A stretch of 61,838 bases of DNA, the filler included, from Sphacelaria rigidula (Eukaryota): NCBI GenBank assembly GCA_964200075.2. It is 11 parts of 11 records of this genome, joined end to end, with 100 filler letters (N's around TTAATTAATTAA, not from the genome) between each part and the next. Parts side by side here need not be neighbours in the genome. Positions count along the whole stretch, not along the records: positions 33,787 to 39,317 come from CAXNAA020026587.1; positions 39,418 to 44,948 come from CAXNAA020026588.1; positions 45,049 to 50,578 come from CAXNAA020026589.1; 8 more parts are not named here. The stretch is one strand, 5' to 3'. Shown piece after piece: positions 38,601-50,578 of the stretch. Position 1 is the first letter of the stretch; each line of letters begins with the position of its first letter. Made by a program: the position numbers and the translations under genes. The notes beneath the pieces were generated by a model, which ran no database searches, had not been told where the DNA came from, and was given only the letters and a program-made list of their open reading frames with translations.

Positions 38601-38770
38601 AACAAACTGAGGGGTCACCTACGGGCATGTCAATAGCTGTGGTAAAAGCTCGCATACAATCATTAGATAGAGCAAAACCCTCAAAGCGCCTTTCCCATGA
38701 AGGAAAATTGACACTACCTAGCTTGGAGGCAGCAGTTTTGATGCTGCTTATTTCCTTAGGACTCATCGCG
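35700..38770 (-). mobile_element. Degenerate Ty1/copia LTR retrotransposon (gag, zinc-knuckle remnant, RT, RNase H; integrase not detected)
   Basis: gag-like NFPSWERRF; knuckle remnant KCHRFLEPGH; RT motifs WMEAMKVEL, KALYGLKQS and IFHVDD; RNase H YVDADYA...DRRSVSG...LSTAEAEY; many stops and frameshifts. Confidence 0.92.
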
Positions 38771-41202
38771 AAAGTGCCACATCCTCTTATTCCAACTTCA
38801 CCGATAGCTGGCAGCAGGCTATCGATGGTGACTCCACCATACGATCGGACGCAGACCTTGGCCGCTCCCCGTCCGCAGCACCGTCAAGATACGATGGTTG
38901 ATTTCCACCGACGGATCTCTCTATTCGTCCGCCTGTGTTTTCCGGAGCAGCCTCGATGCATGACAGCCTTTCTACCAAGGCCCTTGTTAGTGCCTCGAGC
39001 AGCGCCCTCAATTCTTCGATTGCACCGCTTGATCCGCCATCTCACAACAACGATCCAAGTTCGAACTATCACGTTAACGTATTCGAATGATCGTGTTGAT
39101 CAGATGGCCTCGCAGCAACAACGGCTCCTTACTGTGTGCTCAAGCAGATTGCTGTCCTTTTTAACCCTTTGGGAACCCTCCCCTCCCGTCCCCGGTCCAG
39201 ACGCCTCATTATTTCAAGTGCTGACAAAGAAGAAAAGATGAAAAAAGAAAATACCGACGACAACCATTATTATGCCGGAAGGCCACAGAAGAATCCGCCG
39301 ACATACGTCATGTTTGCNNNNNNNNNNNNNNNNNNNNNNNNNNNNNNNNNNNNNNNNNNNNTTAATTAATTAANNNNNNNNNNNNNNNNNNNNNNNNNNN
39401 NNNNNNNNNNNNNNNNNGGCCGTACCTGTCCAAGCCTGGAACAAGCACCTCTCGCTGGCTCCACCAGGCAGTAATTGCCCCGCTTTTTTGAAACGCTCAC
39501 GGACTCGCCAGCTGTCGATAAACCCCCCGCACCTCACGCACGAGCGATACCACAGCCTGCCCTTGCACTGCCTCGGAATCTCCTCGGCTCTACTTCTCCA
39601 GCTCCTCGCGACGTTAACACGCCTTGAGCTGGTCTTGTTTGCTGCAAATTGATCAGGCCTGCAGACTTCCCTATCTTGAAGTGTCAGCTGCTTTCAGCGG
39701 ACCTACCGCCTCAGCAGACGTAATGAACGTTCATTATAGACTTCTGTCACTCGAAATCAGATCGCTATATGGACTCCTCCCATCAAGGGCAAATGGACTC
39801 CGGCAGCTTTAGGTATTCATATATTAGCCCTTAGCATATACAGCAGAACAGAGCCATAGTCTCTCTCCACCAGAGTAGCAAAACACTCTACTCGTCATGG
39901 AGGTCACCGTTACAGAGTACGGAAATCAGACCCGCAACTCCACCTACAATGTCCCTGATCTTAGGTAACAATGGTGGCTAGGTCTACAGGACCGATGTCT
40001 CTGGTAATGCTGAAGTGCGCTGAAAATGTGCCTCCGGGTGCTGGCTTCTCGATAGTGCATGCTGTCCTCGGACTTGCTGGTGATGGCACTTGAGATGGTT
40101 TCTCTTCGTGAAAAACCATTTGATTTTAGGTTGTGCTGAGTGTGCTAGCTGCACAGCATTTACTATGCCGCGGTTTGTCGCGGTTTGTGTCCTCGAGCTT
40201 CCTGCGACATTGGCTCGTCCCGCGTTTCAGGTGCGCAGGGGACGTAGCTGACCCCTGCTGTGGTGCTGATGAACCTATTTTCATCAGGCCAAGCACTTCT
40301 CTGATATACCCCTCATTCTCTCGTGATGTTGTAAAGTTGATGCTGGAACTGCCCTGGTGTAATATCTCGGGCTGCTGCTTCAGTTGATCATCGCGGGTCT
40401 TCCGCCGTGAAGTTGCCCATCTCTTTGTCGTTGAAGGCGAGAACACTTCAGTTCGTGTTCCCCTCCTGCAATGACCACCCTGGCTATAGCTGACGCGCTT
40501 GTCCTTTTCGTGAGATTTCAGATCTTGTCCACTATCTGTACTGTTGTGTGCGGTTGAAGACTTGAACAATGAAATTTTACATTCACTGTGTACGAGCTGG
40601 GCCAGCCTACAAACGGATTTGTAGTTTGCGGGCCCATTCGTCGGCCAATATTTAAAGTTGGATCCTGAAATTGAGTATGGACAATGAATGTGGCGACACA
40701 GGAACAATCACGCGTGAACCCATATTTTTTCATGTGATAAGTGCATTTTACTGATGCCTGAAAATCGATTATTGCGCTTAATCCATGAGAATAGAAGAAA
40801 AAAATTCGGTAAATGCGTATTTTGTTTTCATTGTGGCTGTGACGCCAGCTAGAAAAAAGACTGATGGATCACTGCAGTTGAGGGACTCCCCAGTCCCACT
40901 GGCCTCATTTTCAGTCGTCAGCCTTTACAACATCTCATTTTTATCAGTCGTGCCTACCAGGCATCAACCTTCTAGACACGCAGGGTTTATCCCCGTGTCC
41001 CGATCATTCCCAAGAATCCTCCCAGAATCCCTCATAATCCCCGTTCTCCCAGTCATTATCAAGATCATCGCTACCAACTCAACGTAACGGCGTAATTTCG
41101 TCGCAGCACCCCCAAAGCGCGTTGGACGAAAATCGACCAACAAGCTTGACACATAGAAAAAGCCAGAATGATGAGTAAGTCATAACTGAGTACCAAACTC
41201 AC

Positions 41203-44200
41203 TCATAATGCGAGCAGCAACGGCACGAGTCGCGCGCAATTTACGCAAACTACTGCCTTGACCATGCGTTTGCACGTGCCGTTAGACCACGGAGAATACG
41301 CCACCGCAAACTGGTGATCAACGTGCAAAGCCTCTCGCAATCGAGCCAAGATCGCACTCTTGAAATGCGTGGCGGTATCACTCACCCACACACGCGGCAC
41401 CCCCAAAGGTTTGCACCAATTCAGCAAAGATGCAGCAGTCGATTCAGCAGTACACGCTGCTACTGGTTCCAGAGACGAAGTTGCTCAAATCATCCATGAA
41501 CACCAAAATGTATCGAAACCCAGCATCCTCCGACAAGCCTTGGGAAGCTAGCGGGTCACTCTTGCCCACGTACAAGAAGTCAAAATGAACGACTTCATTT
41601 GGCATGATCCCATGGACCGTTTCGCCGAGTGGGTGGGGAACAACATCTCCCGCCCTCGAGTCAGCACAGTGAAGACACTGGTGGACAAATTCGCGCAAAT
41701 GAGTTTCTATCCCCTGCCAGACACAAACCTCTTGCAAGCGTACGAGCGTCGCAGCCACACCACGATGCCCAGCATCGCGCATGTGTGCGCATACAATCAG
41801 ACGTACCTGCAACTGCTTGTCAGGATTCGGAATCCACAAAACGTTTCGGCCACGCACATGCACACGAAACAGACCTTCATTGTCCAAGATAGCGGTACCA
41901 ACGTTCGACTCGAAAGATTGCACATCCACATCTTCGGCCCCAATATCTTTTCGTTGCGCTTTACGAACAACATATTTGGACGGCATCGACTCATGGGGTT
42001 CACACGGACCGTACATAGCCACAGCGCGCACAGGCAAACCCGGAATATATACCCAACACGAAAGCAAGTCACCCCACGCGTTACAGTCACCCGAAACATG
42101 GCAAATCAAGTAACAATACTGGCCAAGAATAGCTTTCCAACTCTCCAAGTGTTGTGCCAATGCCCTCGACACAGACGTAACGCACGCTCCCGGGTTGAAA
42201 ATATACACGAGATTTTGGGGATCCGTGAAAACGTGCACGCCATCCCACAACAAATACTCCAAACGACGAAAACTGCTCGCGAAAGTAAAACCTTCTCTGT
42301 CAATTTTGACCCAACGCAACTGGAAACCCTTGAAATTACCATGAGGAAAGCCAGCGGTTCATGCGCCACACCCTCAATCGGCAAGCGTCTTTGCATCTCA
42401 ACTGTAGGGACCTGCAAAACAAAACTACCCCAATGGCACTCAGATGCATCCGGAAATATGAACATCTGACAATCAGGACGAGGATGGAACAGCGTCACGG
42501 CATGAGCCACCCGATCCTTCGCTGCCGCCCACGCCTGCAGCCTGCCCTCCGCCCACGATGCAGCCTTCTTCGAAAAGGGCATATTTGGACTAGACCACAC
42601 CGCCTGCAAATTCCGTAACAACAACTACAGCGCCAAAAGAGCCACCATGCACGACGCCAACCAACTCAACTTCACTGGATCGTACCGCCGCGGCTTCGTC
42701 TTCACCGAGGACGCCCCAGGTTTTAGCTGAACACGCATGGGCTCCACGCGCGTAGGGGGATCACTCTGCAGCGCACGACGAAACGCATTGACGGGGCGAT
42801 ACCATATGCCACGAAGCCGCTCCGCTTGTGTAACGCTGAGGTCTTTCGCCACAGCATCCGTCACGCTTTCCTCCAGCGCGACCTTCCGAGCGGACTCCTC
42901 TTCCACCGGATCATTGAACATATCCGGGGCGCGCTCGACCGAGCGTTCCATCGCCGCATCACGCTCCTCGGTCACCTGCCCCCCAGCCTTCTGAGAAGCA
43001 TCCACCGGCAAGCTCACGCGACGACTACCAACAACGGCGGGCGTCTCCAAGTGCGGACGAGGCGGAGACATGTGCGTCTTCATGGAGTCCTTCAACCGCG
43101 CATACGGGTCGACTCAAAGATCCTGAAGCGTCGGCAACCGCAGAAGAATGACGTCATCTGACGCCAGCATGATCGTAAACGAGATCGGAGGCCCAGGAAG
43201 TCGTGAAAGTCAGCTGCAGCGGAACAGTACGCAATGTGAGGTAAACATTCTGATCCGACGCGGTGACGGGCTGCCGCGCCCCGAGCAAAAACGGTTTGCA
43301 CAGCGGCACACCCGGGAGAAGACGCTCCAACATCTTTACAATATGTACCGACAGACTCACATGACCCGTCAAGTGGGCGCCAGAATCCCACTTAGCCCGA
43401 ACCGCAATGGCTCCATGCTCCCGTTGATTTGGAAGACACAGCTCTGCAGGAACGTATTTGTGCGCGATCTCCACTGGCACTTTATTCGCCGACCGATGCG
43501 CCGCTAATCCCACTTGACGCCATGGCTTCGCGAGCTGCGCAGGCGAAGACGCCGCGGCAGGTCGAAACGGCACCGCCGGCGGGTACGACCCTTAGCCAGC
43601 AGACCAAGAATTCGGCGAACCTCCGACCGGCGCATCAACAGGCGTCGCGCCTGGCGCTGCTGCCGGTGTCACCACCGGCGCCACCACTGGAGCTGGCGCA
43701 GTGTTCGACACTGTAGAAGTCGGTCCCACCTGCACCGCCCGTTGCGGAGTAGCATCACCTACGGCGACGCCGGACCCAGCACCAGACCCATGCTGACGCC
43801 GCTACCCCTGCTGCTGCCACTGCTGCTGCTACTGAAGACACGACTGCGAACCTCCATCGCCGGAGGGTCCGCCGCCGGCGTCACCCCGATTACCTCGTCC
43901 TTTGCCCTTGTGCTGACGATGCTGATGGCGCGCGGCACGAGACTGCCCAGACTCTCCACCAGAAGACGTTGGGCAATCGCGCGCGTAATGGCGACCTGGC
44001 CACAGCGGTGGCAGGTGATGGTTGCAGCGCGGCCGGCTGATTTTGAGTCGTGGTAACGTAAAGGCTTCGACGTGGAGGTGGACGACTGGCCGAACACCTC
44101 TATCTTCCGCCACCCCTTGACCTCGGCCACGACGGTGTCCATCACCAGGTATTGGTCGGCCTTTCAGTCCGTTTGTTGCTGCACCTTTACAAGCACGGCT

Positions 44201-44846
44201 TGCTTGGATTTTCCCGGTGTCAGTCCCTCCACCAAAGCCTTGGTGATTACAGCAGCCGGCCGGGAATAAATTCACCATCGAGGGAACGATATACGAGTTC
44301 CACGTTCGGATTTGCCGAAAAGTGCTCATCCAAACTTGACAGGATGGGCTCCACCCGCTCGAACATCGTCTTTCCCCGAGAACCCATGTCGACAGCTTTC
44401 GCCACGGCCGCGGGTGCTTGGATCAGCTCCGCCTCGGCGCCCGCCGCATGCCCAGCATTCTTTTTGATCGCCGCAACCAATTGCGGCGGGGTTATTGTGC
44501 TCTCATCATGTTTCAAACAAGCAAACACTCTCTGCACATGCGTCGACACCTGTTGAGCCATCGAAACTACCTGATGTCGCACTGCACCCCCTGCGTTAGC
44601 GTGCTCCACACGCTTTCTGTACTCCGAGTACTTCGTATAAAAAATGCGAGATGCACCCTCGGAGTACCTATTCCTGTATTGGGGAGGTCGCAACTCTTTC
44701 CACATAACCACAGGCGTCACGTTGGACGCATCACGCGAGCCGGTCGCCATAGCTGCAACCGCGAACCCTTTGCAGGCCAGCGGACCTTGGCGAATTGCAC
44801 ACTTCGTTGCTTCGTCGCCGCACCACACAGTTGTAGGAGCTTCCAA
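41203..44846 (-). mobile_element. Degenerate Ty3/gypsy LTR retrotransposon (gag, CCHC, protease, truncated RT, RNase H, integrase)
   Basis: Frameshifted CHRCGQ/GHYARDC knuckle; protease WDSGA; RT start KPRRYDP; RNase H FPDAS and VFTD; integrase H..GH..CLHC, HFDFL, WVSD..THF and WSNG; gypsy domain order. Confidence 0.92.
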
Positions 44847-45049
44847 ACTCCCGCTGCGACACTTTCTACGATAGACTAATGCCGAGATAGCCCCCCCACA
44901 AAAAGTGCACCGGCACGATCCAACGAACCGGCTGCGATCCCACTATTGNNNNNNNNNNNNNNNNNNNNNNNNNNNNNNNNNNNNNNNNNNNNTTAATTAA
45001 TTAANNNNNNNNNNNNNNNNNNNNNNNNNNNNNNNNNNNNNNNNNNNNG

Positions 45050-45263
45050 CATAGATTTATAATCAATCCATCAATAGCTATTGCCGTCATCAATAGATTT
45101 GATATGCAATCTGTCAATAGCCATCGTCATCAGTAGATTTTGCACGCGTTCTATCGATAGCCATTGCCGTCACCAATAGATTTCAAAAGCTATGGATCAA
45201 TGCATTTGGTCGGCCGCAATAGATTTCGGTGTAGGGCCATAGCAGACTATTGTCCAGGGTGTG
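45050..45263. repeat. ~43-bp tandem subterminal repeats (CAATAGATTT...ATAGCCAT) ending in a TTGTCCAGGGTGTG TIR
   Basis: Four to five tandem units followed by the same terminus as the CACACCCTGGACAA MITE family. Confidence 0.65.
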
Positions 45264-45439
45264 TATCAGTACCATTCGAGCATAAATTCGCACAAGGCTG
45301 GCAATATTTCGCTCAGCACATGCAACGCGACCTTCCTCGCAGTAAACACCACGCATCGTCCGTGCCAACCAGATCAGCACGTCAGAGTTTTACCCTGCTC
45401 ACGCGATACGATCATACTCGCTCAACGACCATGTTTCAT

Positions 45440-47490
45440 GCGCAAACATGACCACAAATCACACAAAAACAAGCTGAAATGAGTCCAGCTACAGCTCGCA
45501 CCCTCGCGGAGCCGCTCAGCTCACCACTAAACGGTATATCCGCACCGCCAAACCAATGCGATAGACCCTCCGCCATCACAGATGCTTGCGCGTTCACAAA
45601 CGCTCGTTCTTCAGTCGCTTTTTCAGAGGAAACAAGCGGCGAAACGGGAACATCCATACAGTCCCGCACAGTAACACCTCCAGAGGGCATAACGCCATCC
45701 TCTTCCAGCACCCGACCGTACAGCTGCAAGACACCGTAAACAGCATCGCCAAATACGCCAAACCCATCCATGCATACAGTAGTGCACACGACCACCCCAA
45801 CACCACGCGACGCTCGTCGTCGCCGTCGGAATTGTGATCGCTAACAGCATCACGAGCTTGCAGCTCGCTCTGCGTGCCCGCTTCACGCGGGTCACACGCC
45901 CCTGTTGTTTCGAACATGCAAGGCGTGTCCACAGCCACGCGCTGCTCCGCGGCAATTCCGCCAACCCGGCATCCACCTGTCCTTCAAGCAGACACCCCTG
46001 CGAATCATCTGAACGATCTCCCGCCATGTCACTGGCGCACATACATTCACCATGAGCACGGCAAGCTCGTTGCTCACCCTGCTCGTTCGCAATACGCGAA
46101 TAACATCCCCTGGAGCTTCGAGCATGCAAGGAGTATCTCCAGCTACGCGCTGGTCCGGCGGCAACAAGCAACTGGGACCTCCGCCCACCAGTACTTGCTC
46201 ATTGACCCACAGAGGCCTCGCCCTCTCAACATCGCCAACAGCAGCAGCAGTATCACCCATACTCGATATAGCCGCCAACTCCTGTCCGGCTTGCTCCTTT
46301 ACGGCAATAGCAGCAACGCCTCTGGCGCTCTCGTGCCTGTTCCCCCGGACTAGCGATGGCTGTGTGATTTGTTCGCCTCTTCCAACAGCACTGCCAGCGG
46401 CTGCTAAGTCAGCATCGACTACTGTTCTCTTCCTGTTCTTGCTGCCCAGTGCGTCTCCTCGGACAGACACATGCGTCGTCGCCTTCGCACCCCTCAAAGT
46501 GGCACCGGGTCGTTGCTTCAGTGGCGGGCGAGTCGTTCCTACTACTGCACGCCCAACAGCTGCACTCTCGTGTCTGCTCACTCGGACAGGCCTATCCAGT
46601 GTCGCCTTCTTGCCCGTCAAAATGTTGTGCCTGTCCCCATTGCCGCCGGCCTTCACACTATCTTGCACCACACTCTGCGATGCATGAGATGCATGCTTGC
46701 GCAGCGCAAAGAGCAATTTCTCGTGCCCAACATCATTCGCACCATCCAAGAATGTGTCACATAGACAGTCCTCGATATGTGCGGGCATGAGGTCAGAGAC
46801 CGCTGGCTCTCAACAATGTGCCAGCGTGCTTGACGCGCGTTCGTTGCGTCCACCTCACAACGGTAGTTCACATACTTCCGCAGAAACTGAGCAGATTCTT
46901 CACTTGAGAACTTGCGACCGTAGTAGGGCATATCCAGAAATCGTACACGGACAGCGCGACCATTGATGACAACAGATTGTTTCGGCGCACGAACATGGCC
47001 GTCCACCGCGACATACTCCTGCACCCCGTACATTTCGGTCAGCAGTAAAGCACTCCACACCGCCTTTTTTTAAAAACAAAGTCGCCTCCCACACACAGGG
47101 ACAACAACTCTCTTCTTACACGGAGACGCGCTGTACCACCTTACAACGACGACCACACACGCCTCTTCCTCACGCGGTTCTCACCACATCTTGAAGTCCT
47201 TAGACTCCTCTTCCTGACCGTATCTGGCCAAGCGTGGACCAGGCAACCCTGGCTAGTTCCACCAGGCGGTAATTGCGCCGCTTTTTTGGAATGCTCACGG
47301 GCTCGCCAGCTGTCGATCAACCCCCCGCATCTCTCGCACGAGCGACACCACAGCCCGCCCGAGTACTGCCTCAGAATCTCCGCGGCTCTACTTCTCCAGC
47401 TCCTCGCTACGGTAACACCCCTTGAGCTGGTCTTGTATGCTGCAAACTGATCAGGCGTGCAGACCTTCCTATCTTCATGTGTCAGCTGCT
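45440..47490 (-). mobile_element. Fragment of a second gypsy-like element (5' leader and decayed gag)
   Basis: YYGRKFSSEESAQFLRKYVNYRCEVDATN parallels YRNRYSEGASRIFYTKYSEYRKRVEHAN of the contig-8 gag; leader ~47215-47495 is also present at 39418-39700. Confidence 0.6.
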
Positions 47491-48254
47491 TTTCAGCCCA
47501 GATTTTACCTCTTCGGTATTTTCGGTAGATCGAGCCTGTCCCGATCGTATTCGTGAAGAAATATATTGGCGTGTTCTTTTGAAATCACTGCTACTCATTG
47601 TACTAGAGCCGAATAACTGTATTCCAAGGTAAAAAAACCCCTCCTGATCAACGGGGTATCTACCATCGCCCGATAACACCAACTAGCTCTAACTTGGGCA
47701 CTGTATTTTGATGACGATCTGCTTATTTTACCAAAATCTACCGATGCCAGCATTTTCGAGAAGACCCCCGAAACAACCCTGAACAGTGCAGGCGCTCGTC
47801 GCTGTACGCATCCAACACCCCACCCGCCCTTGCAACCCAGTGCCCAACAATATGAGGGAGGAGCAGGGGTCATGCCATTCCTCAACTTCAAGCTTCGCAA
47901 TTGAACCGGTCAAGCCGGTTCATCAGAACACCCGGTTTATCCGCCACAATATTCATCGGAAAAAACGGTGTAACCGGTTTTCCGGTCAACCAAACAAACC
48001 GGTTTTTGTTCTTACACGTGCCCACCTCTACTAACCCATATATGACCCGAGCATATTTTCTGGCAGTACTGAGCATAAAACCTCCTACTCCCTTCGACAC
48101 GCGCCTGTTCTAATTTGTATTCAAGTGCGTATATGATGGTGCATAACGATCGCTCACTCCATCGATGATGCTGGTCTGGCTCTTCGCCTCGCACAACATT
48201 TTTTAGCTGGCTCGTCTTGTATGACGTACAAACCATGAGCTTGTATGTTGGAAC

Positions 48255-50578
48255 ATGTCAATGTCAGATATCTTTGATACGGCTAAGTATGCTTTGGCAT
48301 CGGCTTCACATGCTTTGTGCAACGATCATCCTGCAATTGTACGATACTGGACCTTCATCCGCTCCCGATCCCTTCCGCAATTGTGTAGAGGACGTCCCAT
48401 TCGCTGGAATCATCTTGCAAGTAGCGTTCTAAATGTTGGCGCCAGCGTTCATGAAGCGTCGTCTGCGTGTGATGCAGGCAACTACTTTTCCTCCCAATCA
48501 TGTGCCGTAGTAGCAACGCCGTTTGTTTTGCAAAGCGTTTCAACTCACTTTCACCCAGGACTCACGAAATATGTTTGCCGTCTTGGTATTTGTGCCACCG
48601 TGAGCAGTTACTTTTCAACCGAGCACGACACGAAGGAGCTGGTAGTGGATGTCGCCAGAAAAAGCGCATCGAAACTGGTTCAAGCTGCCGCTGGCATCTC
48701 ACGTTCACGGGGCTACAAGGCGGAGGTCCTCTCCAAGCACGTCAGCGCGAAAATGGTGGATGTGGTGAGCAAGAAGTGCGGCTACGAGGGCTGCTCGAGG
48801 CAGCCGTCGTATGATCTCGTTGAAAGCAAGAACGCGGAGTTCTGCTTGAAGCATGCGGGGCCGGGAATGGCGAGTGTGACGAGCAAGAAGTGCGGGTACG
48901 AGGGCTGCTCGAAGCAGCCGTCGTATGGTGTGGTTGGAAGCAAGACGGCGGAGTTCTGCTCCAAGCATGCGAGGGCCGGACTGGTGAATGTGGTGAACAA
49001 GAAGTGCGGCTACGAGGGCTGCTCTACGAGGCCGTCGTATGGTGTGGTTGGAAGCAAGACGCCGGAGTTCTGCTCCAAGCATGCGAGGGCGGGACTGGTG
49101 AATGTGGTGAACAAGAAGTGCGGCGTCGACGGCTGCACCAAGTATCCTTCGTTCGGTGCAGCAGGAAGCAAGACGGCGGAGTTCTGCTCCAAGCATGCGA
49201 CGATGGAAATGGTAAATGTGGTAAGCAAGAAGTGCGGCTACGTAGGCTGCTCCACGAATGCCTCGTATGGTGCCGCGGGGAGCAAAAATGCGGAGTTCTG
49301 CTCCAAGCATGCGACGATGGGAATGGTGAGAGTGACGGGCAAGAAGTGCGGCTACGAGGACTGCTCGAAGCAGCCCTCGTTTGGTGAAGCGGGAAGCAAG
49401 AAGGCGGAGTTCTGCTCCAAGCATGCGGCGGCGGGAATGGTGGATGTGGTGAACAAGAAGTGCGGCGTCGACGGCTGCACCAAGCATCCCTCGTTTGGTG
49501 TAGCAGGAAGCAAGAAGCCGGAGGTCTGCTCCAAGCATGCGAGGACGGGAATGGTGGATGTGGCGAACAACGGGTGCGGCTTCGATGGCTGCTTCACCAG
49601 GCCATCGTTCGGTGTAGCGGGAAGCAAGACGGCGGAGTTCTGCTCCAAGCATGCGAGGACTGGAATGGTAAGTGTCGTGAGCAAGAAGTGCGGCTACGAA
49701 GGCTGCTTCACCAGGCCATCGTTCGGTGTCGCAGGAAGCAAAAAGGCGGAGTTCTGTTCCAAGCATGCGAGGGCGGGAATGGTGAGTATGGCACACAATG
49801 GGTGCCGCTTCGATGGCTGCTTCACCGTGCGATCGTTCGGTGTAGCAGGAAGTAAGAAGGCGGAGTTTTGCTCGAAGCATGCGAGGGCGGGAATGGTGAG
49901 TATGGCAAACAAAGGGTGCGGCTTCGATGGCTGCTTCACCAGGCGATCGTTCGGTGTAGCAGGAAGTAAGAAGGCAGAGTTTTGCTCCAAGCATGCGAAA
50001 TCGGGAATGGTTGATGTGGTGAGCAAGAGGTGCGGCGTCGACGGCTGCACCACGCATCCCTCGTTCGGTGTAGCAGGAAGTAAGAAGGCAGAGTTTTGCT
50101 CCAAGCATGCGGCGGCGGGAATGGTGAGTGTGACGGGCAAGAAGTGCGGCGTCGACGGCTGCACCACGCATCCCTCGTTCGGTGTAGCAGGAAGTAAGAA
50201 GGCGGAGTTCTGCTCCAAGCATGCGAGAGCGGGAATGGTTGATGTGGTGAATAAGAGGTGCGGCGTCGACGGCTGCACCACGCATCCCTCGTTTGGTGTC
50301 GCAGGAAGCAAAAAGGCGGAGTTCTGCTGTAAGCATGCGAGGGCGGGAATGGTTGATGTGGTGAATAAGAGGTGCGGCGTCGACGGCTGCACCACGCATC
50401 CCTCGTTTGGTGTCGCAGGAAGCAAAAAGGCGGAGTTCTGCTGTAAGCATGCGAGGACGGGAATGGTAAGTGTGGCGAACAACGGGTGCGGCTTCGATGG
50501 CTGCTTCACCAGGCCATCGTTCGGTGTAGCGGGAAGCAAGACGGCGGAGTTCTGCTCCAAGCATGCGAGGACTGGAAT
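48255..50578 (+). CDS. EsV-1-7-type cysteine-rich tandem-repeat protein (3' end lost in gap)
   Basis: Uninterrupted ORF; 16 units of 38 aa/114 bp from 48771 (KKCG.EGC...PSFGVAGSKKAEFCSKHA..GMVDVV., C-x4-C-x16-C-x2-H); true start uncertain (48255 or 48753). Confidence 0.9.

Noticed and set aside
38261..39241. 326-aa plus-strand ORF
   Set aside because: Antisense to the copia gag region, with no independent motif.
41585..42469. 294-aa plus-strand ORF
   Set aside because: Antisense shadow of the gypsy RNase H/integrase.
48705..50564. 619-aa and 288-aa antisense ORFs
   Set aside because: Consequence of a stop-free 114-bp repeat unit read on the other strand.
45440..50578. EsV-1-7 gene as cargo of the neighbouring gypsy-like fragment
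   Set aside because: They are divergently oriented, ~750 bp apart, with no shared LTR or terminal structure visible.
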